DNA of 64,000 bases from Myxococcota bacterium (GCA_036338695.1 JAYZBQ010000048.1:96001-160000); one strand, 5' to 3'. Positions 1-10,386 are shown, counted from the stretch's first letter. The notes: generated from the sequence alone by a model not told the origin. Made by a program: numbers and translations.

Positions 1-1041
1 ACGAACCGACTTTTTGCGCACCGCCTGACCGGGCATAATAAAGGTCCTACCAATATATCGGTTCTTGATGAAGCCCTCGCGAAATTTAGCGCCGATGTGA
101 TAAGCCACCTGGATCGCAGCGGTCCGGCTCGTGTCCGGTACGGGGATCACGACGTCGATTTGGTGGTCGGGTCGCTCGCGCAGGATCTTAGCCGCCAGAT
201 GATCTCCCATACGCAGGCGACTCTTGTACACCGAGATACCGTCTATGATCGAGTCTGGGCGCGCCAGGTAGACGAACTCGAACAGACAGGGAGCGTGCGC
301 CCTCGGCGCGCCGAGCTTGCGCCGGTGGAGGCGCTGAGCTCCCACCTCATACACCAGCGCCTCGCCAGGCTGGAGGTCGGACTCAAAGGTAAAGCCGGAG
401 GCTTCGATCGCAACGGACTCCGAGGCGATCATCAGCTCACGACCACCTTCACCCTCACGAAACCCGTAACAAAGCGGGCGAATCCCGTGCTCATCGCGAA
501 ACGCGATCAAGCCAAAGCCCGGGATCATCGCCACCGTTGCGTAGGCGCCGCGGCAGCGACGATGAACCCCTTCAACGGCCTGGAAAATATGCTCGGGCGA
601 CAACTCGTCGATGTCGAGCTTACTCAGCTCGTGCGCCAAGACGTTGAGCAATACCTCGGAGTCCGAGCGCGTGTTCAGGTGCCTGCGGTCCACGGCGAAG
701 AGTTCGCTTTTGAGCTCCTCGGCGTTTGTCAGGTTGCCGTTGTGCCCGAGGACGATCCCGTAGGGCGAGTTGACATAGAGCGGCTGCGCCTCACTCGTGC
801 TCGAGGTCCCGGCCGTCGGGTAGCGGACGTGACCGATCCCTAGGTGACCGACCAACTCACGCATGTGGCGGGTCCGAAACACGTCCTTAACCAGACCGTT
901 ACCCTTGCGCAGGAAAATCCGACTGCCCGCTGTCGTCGCGATGCCCGCGGCGTCTTGTCCGCGGTGCTGAAGGACCGTCAGCGTGTCATAGATCCGAGTG
1001 TTGACAGGCTCTGTGCCGGCGATTCCAACGATTCCGCACAT
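1..1041 (-). CDS. purF: Amidophosphoribosyltransferase (3' end runs off the window start)
   Basis: Not in the ORF track. Manual translation from ATG 1041 gives MCGIVGIAGTEPVNTRIYDTLTVLQHRGQDAAGIAT (N-terminal catalytic Cys, QHRGQ). The window edge reads FREGFIKNRYIGRTFIMPGQAVRKKSVR, a PurF signature. Confidence 0.97.
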   Translation of the reverse strand, partial: MCGIVGIAGTEPVNTRIYDTLTVLQHRGQDAAGIATTAGSRIFLRKGNGLVKDVFRTRHMRELVGHLGIGHVRYPTAGTSSTSEAQPLYVNSPYGIVLGHNGNLTNAEELKSELFAVDRRHLNTRSDSEVLLNVLAHELSKLDIDELSPEHIFQAVEGVHRRCRGAYATVAMIPGFGLIAFRDEHGIRPLCYGFREGEGGRELMIASESVAIEASGFTFESDLQPGEALVYEVGAQRLHRRKLGAPRAHAPCLFEFVYLARPDSIIDGISVYKSRLRMGDHLAAKILRERPDHQIDVVIPVPDTSRTAAIQVAYHIGAKFREGFIKNRYIGRTFIMPGQAVRKKSVR

Positions 1042-1116
1042 ACGACGCTCCTTCGCGACAGCGCCCCGGCGCTACCGTGAGTCGCCTGGATGGACAAGAC
1101 CGGTTCGCGCACCTCG

Positions 1117-2085
1117 CTAGCGCCGCACAGGCGGTAGCCCCTGAGGGCTGTAGCCTGGCCCCCTCGGACCGCCCTGCGCCGGCGGCGGCATGGAACCTGA
1201 GCCGGCCCCGGGCATGGCGCGATCATCCTTCGGCTGCTCTCGAATGACCCTCGGTCCGCCCCGACCGGGCGGAGGCGGAGGGGGCGGTCGAAGCGCCATC
1301 AGCTCACGAAGCTTCATCGAGAAGTCCATGCTCAACATGCTGCCTTGAACCCGGTATGAGAGCGCCTGACCGAGCTTCATCGAGGAGGGATGGTTTGAGT
1401 TCATCAACCCAAGGCTGACCATCAACTTGATCCCGTTCGCAGCGTCTGGGTGACGCGTCCGCAGACGCATCTTCAGCTTGAGGACCTCGCCTTCGAGCCA
1501 CCCCTTGACCTGCATCTCATGAATCTCCGCCAGCGGAGACCCCTGCTTTTGTTGCATGATGGCACGCCGAGCCTGAGAGGTTGATCGGACCCGTAGCCAC
1601 GCCTTGGCGCCCCGTAGAAACGGCGGGAGTTTCCTCAGCGGGTCAAGCTGACCTTTCAGCGCTTTCTCGACGGTGGAGCGATAGCCGGCGTGGATGACGC
1701 CCGGCGATTCGATCGCAAACATCGGGCTGTTGGCGCCGCCCACATACGCTGTTTTCCCCGCTATCTTGGTCCGCTTGATCGCCGTCGAGTCTTTATTTTT
1801 TGCCCACGAGCTGTGGATGCGCTTGGGCTTAAACCGCCCTTTGAGCGTGACCAAGGGCTCAGGTGGCACGTCGAGATTGACAGGCTGCGTCATCCGAAAC
1901 CGGACCTGATCCAAGTCCTTGAGCGGGCGAAACCCGGTCTCACTCAGGAAGTTTTTGAGCTCTTTCGGCGCCGTCTCGAGAAACTGGACGACCGCCTTCT
2001 TGACCGCTCTTTGCGCCCGAAACTGATCCGCCTTGATCTCACCGTCGACAATAAAAACGGCGGTTGCGAGCATCAGAGAGTTCAT
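1117..2085 (-). CDS. Hypothetical, possibly exported protein with Pro/Gly-rich C-terminal tail
   Basis: Long ORF. ATG 2085 overlaps the mutase stop (ATGA). Short hydrophobic N-terminus, PPPPPPPG low-complexity tail, no recognised domain. Confidence 0.7.
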   Translation of the reverse strand: MNSLMLATAVFIVDGEIKADQFRAQRAVKKAVVQFLETAPKELKNFLSETGFRPLKDLDQVRFRMTQPVNLDVPPEPLVTLKGRFKPKRIHSSWAKNKDSTAIKRTKIAGKTAYVGGANSPMFAIESPGVIHAGYRSTVEKALKGQLDPLRKLPPFLRGAKAWLRVRSTSQARRAIMQQKQGSPLAEIHEMQVKGWLEGEVLKLKMRLRTRHPDAANGIKLMVSLGLMNSNHPSSMKLGQALSYRVQGSMLSMDFSMKLRELMALRPPPPPPPGRGGPRVIREQPKDDRAMPGAGSGSMPPPAQGGPRGPGYSPQGLPPVRR

Positions 2086-3770
2086 GCGTCCTCCATCGCT
2101 TGGCGCCACGTTGCCTTAGCAGAAGTCAGCGCCTCCTGAGCAGCTTTAACGCCCTGCGCGCTGCGATATTCGAAATAGGTCTTCACCTTGGGCTCCGTCC
2201 CGGACGGGCGAATCAAGATCCTCAACTCGTCCTCATCTAAGCCATAATGGAGCGCGATCAGATTCGCCGACAGCGCCTCGTCCCAAGGCGCACCGTCTTG
2301 AAAATCGTGCCGGTGCAGCAGCGCCAGCGCGCCAAGTTGCGGTGGAGCATGGCGCCGCGCGCGCTCGACCGCAGCCGCCATCTGCTGCCCTGCGGCGACG
2401 CCCTCAAAGCGCTGCACCCACTGCGAGGACACGAACGCCCCGATCTCAGCGTAAAGCATCTCGAGCTGCTCGAGCAGCGTCAGACCTTCCGCCTTGAGCT
2501 GCCGCGTGCGGTGGGCGAAGGCGAGCGCAGCGCTGACGCCGTCCTTATCGGCGACGGCTTCGCCGACGCAGTAGCCCAAGGCCTCCTCGTAACCGAATAA
2601 GAACGCCTGGTCGGGGCGACGTCGCCGCTCGGCCATGATCCATTTAAACCCGGTGAGCGCACTGACGAAGTGATGACCGCAGCGGGCAGCGAGCGCTGCT
2701 AAGGCTTGCGACGACACGATCGAGGCAGCCACCAAGGCGGGCTCATCGCCGTGGGCGCGCAGGCAGTGATCACCGAGTAAAAGCCCGATCTCGTTGCCGT
2801 TGAGCAGGCGCCATCCCCCAGCGTCAGGGACCGCGACCGCCAGCCGATCCGCGTCGGGGTCGTTGGCGAGCAAGAGGTCTGCGCTGACCCGTTCAGCCAG
2901 CGCCAGCGCGAGGTCGAGCGCGCCGTCCTCCTCTGGGTTCGGGAAATCAACCGTCGGAAACCGACCATCGGGTTGATGCTGCTCCTCGACAATATGGACC
3001 TCAAAACCAGCGGCTTGGAGCACGCGACAAACCGACTCCCCGCCGACGCCATGCATCGCAGTGTAGACGACACGCACCGGTGTCTGGGTTGGGCTTGTGG
3101 CAGGCGTCCCTTCCGTGACCTGCTGCAGATACACGGCAAGTTCAGCCTCGCCCAACATCGCTAGCTCGGGTCCCTCGTGCCCTTCAGGCAGCGCAGCGAG
3201 CTCACAGGCAGGACCGCTCGCATGTCGAGCGATCGCCGCAGCGATCCGATCATCGATGGGCGGGATGATCTGGGCCGCGTGGTCCCAGTAGACTTTAAAG
3301 CCGTTATCTTGAGGGGGATTGTGCGAGGCCGTCACCTGAATGCCGGCGAGCGCACCCAGGCGACGGACCCAAAATGACGTGGCCGGTGTCGGCCCCGGGC
3401 TGTCCCACAGGAACACCTTGAACCCACGCGCCCGAAGCACCGCAGCCGACTCCAGCGCAAAGGCGCTCGATCGATGACGCGCGTCGAAACCGATGACGAC
3501 CCCGCGCGCCGGGTCAGCGCCTCCTGCGCTCAAAACGTCGGCCAGACCGTGACAGGTCTGACGGATCACGGCGGTGTTCATCGCGTGAGGACCAGCGCCG
3601 ATCGGGCCGCGCAGCCCGGCGGTGCCAAAGCTGAGGCGCCCGGCAAAACGCTGGGCCAAGAGGGGTTCATCACCCCGCTCAAGGGCTCGCTCAAGCTCTG
3701 CTCGATCAACCGGATCCGGGTCTCCATCGATCCAAGCCTGCACCCGTCGCCGTAACGCCTCATTCACCAC
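2082..3770 (-). CDS. Phosphomannomutase/phosphoglucomutase (alpha-D-phosphohexomutase)
   Basis: FGTAGLRG, TASHNP phosphoserine loop, DPDADR metal loop, GYEEA, RPSGTEPK. Confidence 0.95.
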   Translation of the reverse strand: MVNEALRRRVQAWIDGDPDPVDRAELERALERGDEPLLAQRFAGRLSFGTAGLRGPIGAGPHAMNTAVIRQTCHGLADVLSAGGADPARGVVIGFDARHRSSAFALESAAVLRARGFKVFLWDSPGPTPATSFWVRRLGALAGIQVTASHNPPQDNGFKVYWDHAAQIIPPIDDRIAAAIARHASGPACELAALPEGHEGPELAMLGEAELAVYLQQVTEGTPATSPTQTPVRVVYTAMHGVGGESVCRVLQAAGFEVHIVEEQHQPDGRFPTVDFPNPEEDGALDLALALAERVSADLLLANDPDADRLAVAVPDAGGWRLLNGNEIGLLLGDHCLRAHGDEPALVAASIVSSQALAALAARCGHHFVSALTGFKWIMAERRRRPDQAFLFGYEEALGYCVGEAVADKDGVSAALAFAHRTRQLKAEGLTLLEQLEMLYAEIGAFVSSQWVQRFEGVAAGQQMAAAVERARRHAPPQLGALALLHRHDFQDGAPWDEALSANLIALHYGLDEDELRILIRPSGTEPKVKTYFEYRSAQGVKAAQEALTSAKATWRQAMEDA

Positions 3771-3848
3771 AGCGGCCTCCTTCTGCCCCTACGCTTTTCA
3801 AACCGTCAAAGGTCGCGCAAGGTTGCTCCGGATTTGGGAGACCCAAAC

Positions 3849-4613
3849 GTGTTGCGATTATTGTCCCTGCTCGGCGCCGTCGTTCTTTTGACCCACTGCG
3901 CTGGAGCGCCAAAATCCCTCGACGTCGACTCCGATGAGCCGCTCAACGGCGCCGTCCGAAAACCGGTCAAAAAGGAGCCAGGCAAGAGCGAGATCCTCCT
4001 CGATGGCCGGATCTACAAGGTGCGCTGGGGCGATGGCGACACCTTCCGGCTCAAGACGCTGACCGGCAAGAAGAAGAGCGCACGACTCGCAGGGTTCAAC
4101 ACCCTCGAATCCTACGGCCCCGTTCACCGCTGGGGCGAATGGACAGCCGATGAACTCTATCAGCTAGCGAACGCAGCGGGCGTCGTCGCAGCAGCGCAGG
4201 GGTGGACCTGCTCCAAGCAGCCTGGCGGCGGCGGCTATGGGCGGTTGCTGGTGGCGTGCCCCGAGCTCGAGCGCGTGCTCTTGGAGAAAGGCTTAGCGCA
4301 TATCTTTTCTATCGATGGACCCGGCGATCCGGAGCTCTTGGCGCTGCAACGCAAAGCGCAGGAAGAGCGCGTCGGCATGTGGGAAAAGGGCGTACCGCAA
4401 GGGGTCGTGACCAGCCTTCACAGCGCCAACGAACGCTCGGACCGCAAGCAAGCGTACGACCGCGTCGTGAGCGCATCCACCGGCGAGGCGCCGACGATCA
4501 AGCACACCGAGAACTACGAGGTCTGTCAGGAGGTCTGCCACCAAGGCAGCTGCATGCTCTACGTCCCCTACCGACTTCGATACGGCGCTAAAAAGGCGAG
4601 CTGCCTGCGCTAA
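3849..4613 (+). CDS. Thermonuclease (SNase-like) lipoprotein
   Basis: Hydrophobic signal ending LTHC; DGDTF, RLAGFNTLE, YGRLL and 'AQEERVGMW' SNase-like motifs. Confidence 0.8.
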   Translation: MLRLLSLLGAVVLLTHCAGAPKSLDVDSDEPLNGAVRKPVKKEPGKSEILLDGRIYKVRWGDGDTFRLKTLTGKKKSARLAGFNTLESYGPVHRWGEWTADELYQLANAAGVVAAAQGWTCSKQPGGGGYGRLLVACPELERVLLEKGLAHIFSIDGPGDPELLALQRKAQEERVGMWEKGVPQGVVTSLHSANERSDRKQAYDRVVSASTGEAPTIKHTENYEVCQEVCHQGSCMLYVPYRLRYGAKKASCLR

Positions 4614-4619
4614 GAGGGA

Positions 4620-5696
4620 GTGATCATGTACGGCTTGATCCGGCCGCTGCTGTTCCTCTTTTCCGCCGAGACAGCGCATCATATCGGCTTGTTCCTCGCT
4701 CGCTGCGTTGCGCCGATCAGCGGCCTGCTGCGGCGCCTCGTGATGCCGAACTGCGTACGTCTTGAGCAGGAGCTTCTCGGGGGTAAGTGGGCGCACCCGA
4801 TCGGGCTCGCCGCCGGGCTCGATAAAGACGGCCGCGCAGCCGCAGGCTTCGCCGCTTTTGGCTTCGCTGCGGTTGAGATCGGCACGATCACTGCGCATGC
4901 CCAGCCAGGCAACCCTCGCCCGCGCCTCTTTCGCCTCAAGGCGGACCGCGCCATCATCAACCGCTTCGGCTTCAATAACCCCGGCTGTGAGCACGCCAAA
5001 ACAACACTCGCCAGGCATCGCCTGCCCTGCCCGCTCGGTGGAAACATCGGCAAATCGAAGATCACCGCCAACGAGGACGCGTTGTCGGATTACTGTCTGA
5101 GCGTGGCGGCGATTGGTCCCCACGTTGACTACCTCGTGATCAACGTCTCGAGTCCGAACACGCCCGGCCTAAGAGATCTGCAGCAACTCGACGCGCTCAA
5201 GCCATTGATCGAAGGGGTCCAAGCGGCGATTGGCGCGCTCGAGCGGCGCGTCCCGCTCGCGCTCAAGGTCGCACCTGACTGCGCCGACGAGGACCTCGAG
5301 GCGATCGCCGAGCTCGCCGTTGCGACCGAGCTCGACGCGCTGATCGCGACCAACACCACGATCGGGCGCGATGGGTTGACCGCGTCACCTCAAGCCGTCG
5401 CAGCGATCGGCGCGGGAGGTTTGAGCGGCGCGCCGCTCCAAGACCGTGCCCGGGCGGTCACGGCGCTGCTCGCGCGCGCCTTGCAAGGGCGAGTGCCGCT
5501 GATCTCAGTCGGCGGCATCGACAGCGGCGAGGAGGTCTACCGACGCATCCGCCTCGGCGCCTCGGCGGTCCAAATCTACAGCGCCGTGATCTACGAGGGA
5601 CCGCTGCTCGCCGCGCGCATGGCGCGCGAGTTGGACCGCTCTTTGCAACGAGACGGATTCAGCCACGTCCAGCAGGCGATAGGGGTGGATCTTTGA
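4620..5696 (+). CDS. pyrD: Quinone-dependent dihydroorotate dehydrogenase (class 2)
   Basis: GLAAGLDKDG, QPGNPRPRLFRL, INRFGFNN, NVSSPNTPGLR, GGLSG motifs. Confidence 0.97.
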   Translation: MIMYGLIRPLLFLFSAETAHHIGLFLARCVAPISGLLRRLVMPNCVRLEQELLGGKWAHPIGLAAGLDKDGRAAAGFAAFGFAAVEIGTITAHAQPGNPRPRLFRLKADRAIINRFGFNNPGCEHAKTTLARHRLPCPLGGNIGKSKITANEDALSDYCLSVAAIGPHVDYLVINVSSPNTPGLRDLQQLDALKPLIEGVQAAIGALERRVPLALKVAPDCADEDLEAIAELAVATELDALIATNTTIGRDGLTASPQAVAAIGAGGLSGAPLQDRARAVTALLARALQGRVPLISVGGIDSGEEVYRRIRLGASAVQIYSAVIYEGPLLAARMARELDRSLQRDGFSHVQQAIGVDL

Positions 5697-6304
5697 CGGT
5701 TTGTGATGTCCTCGAGCTCGGTGACCCCCGCTTGCGTGTGCGCAGCGCCGCGGTCCCTGACCAGGCGCTCGAAGGTCAGGCGCTGCAAGATCTCGTGAAG
5801 GACCTGATCGAGACGATGCGGGCACGCAACGGGGCAGGGATCGCTGCGCCGCAAATCGGGGTGGCGCAGCGGGTCTGCGTGATCGAGGTCAACGACAACC
5901 CACGCTATCCCTACAAGCCGACCATCCCGCTCACCGTCTTGATCAACCCGACGCTTGAGCGAATCGGCGAAGAGACGATCTCAGTGATCGAGGGCTGCCT
6001 CTCGGTGCCGAACCTGCGCGGACGGGTTGAGCGCGCTGCGCGCGTGCGCGTCCGCGCGCTCGACGAGCGAGGGCGCCGCGTCGAGCTCCACGCGGAGGGG
6101 CTCACGGCAGGGACTTTTCAGCACGAGCTCGACCACCTCGACGGGCTTTTGTTCGTCGATCACGTCACCGACCCAACGACGCTCACCACGATCGCCAACT
6201 ACCAGGAATTCACAGCGTCCGACTTTGCGCTCGAAGCTGCCGCCATTAATCAAGCCTATCCTCAACCCCTCAGAGTCGAGGTGGGTTCGTCCCCTTCCCT
6301 CTGA
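5693..6304 (+). CDS. def: Peptide deformylase
   Basis: GIAAPQIG, EGCLS, QHELDHLDG motifs. Confidence 0.96.
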   Translation: MTVCDVLELGDPRLRVRSAAVPDQALEGQALQDLVKDLIETMRARNGAGIAAPQIGVAQRVCVIEVNDNPRYPYKPTIPLTVLINPTLERIGEETISVIEGCLSVPNLRGRVERAARVRVRALDERGRRVELHAEGLTAGTFQHELDHLDGLLFVDHVTDPTTLTTIANYQEFTASDFALEAAAINQAYPQPLRVEVGSSPSL

Positions 6305-6334
6305 TTTGAACACCAACGTATCCTTGGAGCCGTC

Positions 6335-6973
6335 ATGAAATTCTTTATCGACACCGCCGACGCCGGAGAGATTCGCCAAGCCGCTGATCTCGGCTTGCTC
6401 GATGGCGTCACGACCAACCCGACCCTGATCAAACGAGCGGGCCTGCCGCGTGAAGAGGCGATCTCGACCATCTGCGATCTGGTTCCTGGGCCGGTCAGCG
6501 CCGAGGCGCTAGGCCCTGACGCCGAGACCTTCATCAAGGAGGGGCTTGAGCTCGCCAAAATAGCGGACAACGTCGTCGTCAAACTCCCCACGAACGAAGC
6601 CGGTCTCAAGGCCTGTAAGACGCTCTCTGACCAAGGCATCGACGTCAACATGACGCTGATCTTTCAACCGGTTCAGGCGCTGCTCTGCGCCCGCGCAGGT
6701 GCTCGCTTCGTGAGCCCGTTCTTAGGGCGGCTCGACGACATCTGCTCGTCCGGGATGAGCCTGATCGAAGAGCTGCGCATCATCTTTGACAACTACGGGT
6801 TCGAGACGGAGATCCTCGCGGCGTCGATCCGCAGCCCAGAGCACGTCAAACAAGCCGCCCTGCTCGGAGCCGATGTGTGCACGATCCCGTACGGGGTGAT
6901 CACCAAGCTCCTCAATCATCCGCTGACCGAGAGCGGCATCGCAGCCTTCGAGCGAGACGCAGGAGTTCGTTAG
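6335..6973 (+). CDS. fsa: Transaldolase / fructose-6-phosphate aldolase (short type)
   Basis: MKFFIDTAD, DGVTTNPT, VVVKLP Schiff-base Lys, VSPFLGRLDD, ILAASIR. Confidence 0.92.
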   Translation: MKFFIDTADAGEIRQAADLGLLDGVTTNPTLIKRAGLPREEAISTICDLVPGPVSAEALGPDAETFIKEGLELAKIADNVVVKLPTNEAGLKACKTLSDQGIDVNMTLIFQPVQALLCARAGARFVSPFLGRLDDICSSGMSLIEELRIIFDNYGFETEILAASIRSPEHVKQAALLGADVCTIPYGVITKLLNHPLTESGIAAFERDAGVR

Positions 6974-6974
6974 G

Positions 6975-9422
6975 TTGTTTCGCCTGATCGGGTTGGGTCT
7001 ACGCGCGCTGCTTGCGCTGGTGCCGGCGCTTAGCGTCGCCATCGGCGTTTTTGCGCTCGGGCTCTACCAGACCTACCGGGACGGGCTACCTGTCGTCGAT
7101 GACGCCAGCCAGTACGACCCCCCAGCGATCACGCGCTTTGTCGCAGCGGACGGCTCCATCATCGGCGAATTCGCCGAGCAGCGCCGCATCGTCGTCCCCT
7201 ATCGCCGGATCCCCAGACAGCTCATCCAAGCCTTCCTCGCGGCCGAAGACACCGCCTTCTTCGAGCACGACGGCATCGACCCCAAGGGCGTCGTGCGTGC
7301 GGCGCTCATCAACCTGCGGGCAGGTCGCGTCCGCCAGGGCGCCTCGACGATCACCCAGCAGCTCGCCAAGCAGATGCTGGTCCGAAAGATCGGCTACGCC
7401 AAAGGCACGGAGCGCGGCCTCGGTCGCAAGATTCGGGAAGCTATTTTGGCGCGCCGGCTCGAATATACGCTGAGCAAAGAGGACATCCTCTACCTCTATC
7501 TCAACGAGATCTACCTAGGCGCAGGGGTCTACGGTGTCCAAGCTGCAGCTGAGAGTTACTTTGCAAAAAATGTCGAGGACCTGACGCTCGGAGAGATGAG
7601 TCTGCTCGCTGGCTTACCCCCAGCGCCGTCACGCTATTCGCCGATCAAAAACCCAAAGGCAGCGCGCACCAAACAGGCCTACGTCCTGCGCCGTATGGTG
7701 GAAGAGGGCTATATCTCGGTCGACGAGATGAAAGCCGCCAAGGCCGAACGAGCCGAACAGAACGTCCAGAGCAAAGAGAACCTCTTTGCGGACGTGGCGC
7801 CCTACTTCACCGAGCACGTCCGGCGCGACCTCGTCGAAGAATTCGGCGAGGAGGTCGTGCTCAAAAAGGGCGGGTGGCTGATCGAGACGACCATCGACGT
7901 CTCGAGGCAGCGGGCTGCTCGGGGCGCTCTAAAGGGAGGGCTCGATCGGCTGGATCGGCGCATGGGGTACTGGGGGCCGATCGACCGCGTGGCGCCGGGG
8001 CAGATCAGCGCCGCAGCGAAAGCCTACCAAGAGCTCAAGCTTGGCTCAGACTCGCCCAAGGTCAACGGCGAGTACATCGCCGTGGTCGAGAGCGTCTCGA
8101 GGCGCTTTGCGACGGTCCTCATCGGCTCGAAGCGCTACCCTGTCTTGCTCAAAGAGCACCGGTGGATGCGCACCGCCCGCCGGAATGCGCTGAGTAAATC
8201 CGACTACCCAGCCGATATGAGCAAAGTGCTGAACCCCGGTGACATGCTGCGCGTGGTAGTGCGTGAAGAGAAGGGGAAAACGGTCGCTCGGATCATCCAG
8301 GACCCCATGGTCGAGGGCGCGCTCGTGAGCCAAGACATCGAGACGGACTATGTGGTCGCCATGGTCGGCGGCTACGACTTTGACCGGAGCCAGTTTAATC
8401 GCGCCTTTCAGGCCTGCCGACAGCCCGGCTCGTCCTTCAAGCCGATCATCTTCTCAGCTGGGCTTGAGCACGGCGGAAAAATTCGCCGCAACGCGCCGCA
8501 TGAGGTGATCACCCCCTCGACGCTGCTGAGCGATACCCCCATCGTCCGCCACGACTGGGACACGGGCGTACGCTGGAAGCCCAACAATTACGACTCGAGC
8601 TACAGCATGGACGTCCCGCTTCGAACGGCCTTGATGCGCTCGATGAACCTACCGACCATCGATCTCTTCGAGCGTGTGGGCGCGCAGAAGGTGGTCGAAT
8701 GGGCAGGGACGCTCGGGATCAAACAAAAGCTGCACGTCGACGCATCGATCGCGCTGGGGAGTCACTGCGTGATCCCGTGGGAACTGATCCAGGTCTACAG
8801 CCTGTTCGCGCGTCAAGGTCGCACGCCTCGGTCACGCTTCATCACGCGCATCACCGATGCAGACGGGACGGTCCTGCGCGATCAAGCCGACTACCGCGAC
8901 GTCTGGGCGAGCCGCGCCGACCGCGTGGACCGGCTGGTACGCGAGGTGGACGGTCTAACCGAACCCACCATCTCGCCTGCGCTGTCCTACGTCATGACCT
9001 ATCTTCTGCAGCAGGTGGTCGAGCGGGGAACCGCCACGCGTGCGCGGATCGACGGGGTCCCGGTGGCCGGGAAGACCGGGACCACAAACGACAGCTACGA
9101 CGCCTGGTTTGTGGGCTACACCCCCCGCTTGGTCAGCGGCGTTTGGGTGGGCTTTGACCACAACGAGCGACCGCTCGGTCGATCCGAGACAGGGGGGCGA
9201 ACCGCTGCGCCGATCTGGCGTGACTACACCAAGCGCGCCATCGCCGATCTTGAGCGTGCGCGGTTTAGGGTTCCTGCCGGCGTCGAGTTCGCCGACATCG
9301 ACCCCAAAACAGGGGATGTAGGCAAAGGAGTGCGCGTCCCGTTTATCCAAGGGACCGTCCCCAAGGCGCGCCAGCGTGCACCGCAGCAGAGCGAATCGGT
9401 CGGTCTTAGCGACGAGCTTTAG
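6975..9422 (+). CDS. mrcA: Class A penicillin-binding protein 1A
   Basis: N-terminal TM helix; transglycosylase motifs EDxxFxxHxG, GASTITQQL, RKxxE; transpeptidase motifs PGSSFK, SMN, KTGT. Confidence 0.93.
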   Translation: MFRLIGLGLRALLALVPALSVAIGVFALGLYQTYRDGLPVVDDASQYDPPAITRFVAADGSIIGEFAEQRRIVVPYRRIPRQLIQAFLAAEDTAFFEHDGIDPKGVVRAALINLRAGRVRQGASTITQQLAKQMLVRKIGYAKGTERGLGRKIREAILARRLEYTLSKEDILYLYLNEIYLGAGVYGVQAAAESYFAKNVEDLTLGEMSLLAGLPPAPSRYSPIKNPKAARTKQAYVLRRMVEEGYISVDEMKAAKAERAEQNVQSKENLFADVAPYFTEHVRRDLVEEFGEEVVLKKGGWLIETTIDVSRQRAARGALKGGLDRLDRRMGYWGPIDRVAPGQISAAAKAYQELKLGSDSPKVNGEYIAVVESVSRRFATVLIGSKRYPVLLKEHRWMRTARRNALSKSDYPADMSKVLNPGDMLRVVVREEKGKTVARIIQDPMVEGALVSQDIETDYVVAMVGGYDFDRSQFNRAFQACRQPGSSFKPIIFSAGLEHGGKIRRNAPHEVITPSTLLSDTPIVRHDWDTGVRWKPNNYDSSYSMDVPLRTALMRSMNLPTIDLFERVGAQKVVEWAGTLGIKQKLHVDASIALGSHCVIPWELIQVYSLFARQGRTPRSRFITRITDADGTVLRDQADYRDVWASRADRVDRLVREVDGLTEPTISPALSYVMTYLLQQVVERGTATRARIDGVPVAGKTGTTNDSYDAWFVGYTPRLVSGVWVGFDHNERPLGRSETGGRTAAPIWRDYTKRAIADLERARFRVPAGVEFADIDPKTGDVGKGVRVPFIQGTVPKARQRAPQQSESVGLSDEL

Positions 9423-10386
9423 CGTCGGCGTTGCGCGCCCAGGCGTCGACGAGGTGCTTACAACCTGGTCGGGCGAAACGCCTCGTCCACACGTTGCGCA
9501 GAGGCCACAAACGGAGCTGGAGTTCGTAGCCGACATCGACAAAGCCAGCGGCTCGGTTTTTCGTGCGCGACGCAGTGTTGTGCGCTTGCAACGCCGCAAC
9601 CAGCGTCATCTCGGACGCTCGGAAATCGATTACCCAATCAGCGAGCGCGCGAGACAACCCCTGACGCCGATGCGACGGGACCACGTAGCTGTCGTGCAGG
9701 TTGGCGTAGCCAGGTTCCCACTGGCTGGTCCAGGCGCAGGCGACGGCGCGCACCTCATCATAAACGATCACGCCATACGTCGTCTCATCAGTATACCGGG
9801 GCAGCGGTAAGCCGGTGACGGCGAGCTCCTCTCGCCACGGCTCAAAGAACCCATGCTGCACTCGATACGAAGGCGCCCACTCCACGAGACGAGGCTCAGC
9901 CGGTGTCGAGATGATGATCCGTACAGAAGGAGCAAACGGTCTGAGCAAGGTGCGATAGGTGAGATAAACAGCGTTTCCTACCAGGGACCAACTCTTCGCG
10001 TCGTCGATCCGCCGACGCCATCGTCTGCGCCATGCGCCGAGCGTCTTTGGCTGAAACCACCGGTTGTAGAGCGCGCTGCGCCACCCACGCTCCACCCGCA
10101 CCACGACGCCAGCGACCTGATCCGGCTCAAGCCATGGGTCCATGTGCTCCAGGCCGTCACCGCGTGTTCGAAGTCGGCCCTCGTCTTTTTGGAGGAGTCG
10201 ATGCACCGTCAGCGAGGGCTTACCGACGTCAAACGCGAGCAGGTCACCCACTTGATATTCGTCACGAGGCGCAATCACGACGCGATCACCCTCGATCAAC
10301 GTCGGCCACATCGAGCGGCCTTGAACGCGCAAAGTGGCTCGCTCGCCGCGCCCGAGCAGATCGAGCGTCAGATCAGCGGGCCGCAT
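9406..10386 (-). CDS. S24/S26-family peptidase fused to a C-terminal GNAT acetyltransferase domain
   Basis: From ATG 10386: GRSMWPTL (Ser), VHRL (His), TRGDG and VAGVV resemble signal-peptidase boxes. C-terminal LHDSYVVPSHRRQGLSRAL (GNAT motif A) and HNTAS...AAGF. Confidence 0.8.
   Translation of the reverse strand: MRPADLTLDLLGRGERATLRVQGRSMWPTLIEGDRVVIAPRDEYQVGDLLAFDVGKPSLTVHRLLQKDEGRLRTRGDGLEHMDPWLEPDQVAGVVVRVERGWRSALYNRWFQPKTLGAWRRRWRRRIDDAKSWSLVGNAVYLTYRTLLRPFAPSVRIIISTPAEPRLVEWAPSYRVQHGFFEPWREELAVTGLPLPRYTDETTYGVIVYDEVRAVACAWTSQWEPGYANLHDSYVVPSHRRQGLSRALADWVIDFRASEMTLVAALQAHNTASRTKNRAAGFVDVGYELQLRLWPLRNVWTRRFARPGCKHLVDAWARNADAKARR

Noticed and set aside
97..1080. Plus-strand ORFs of 248 and 78 aa
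   Set aside because: Antisense shadows of purF, which occupies the minus strand.
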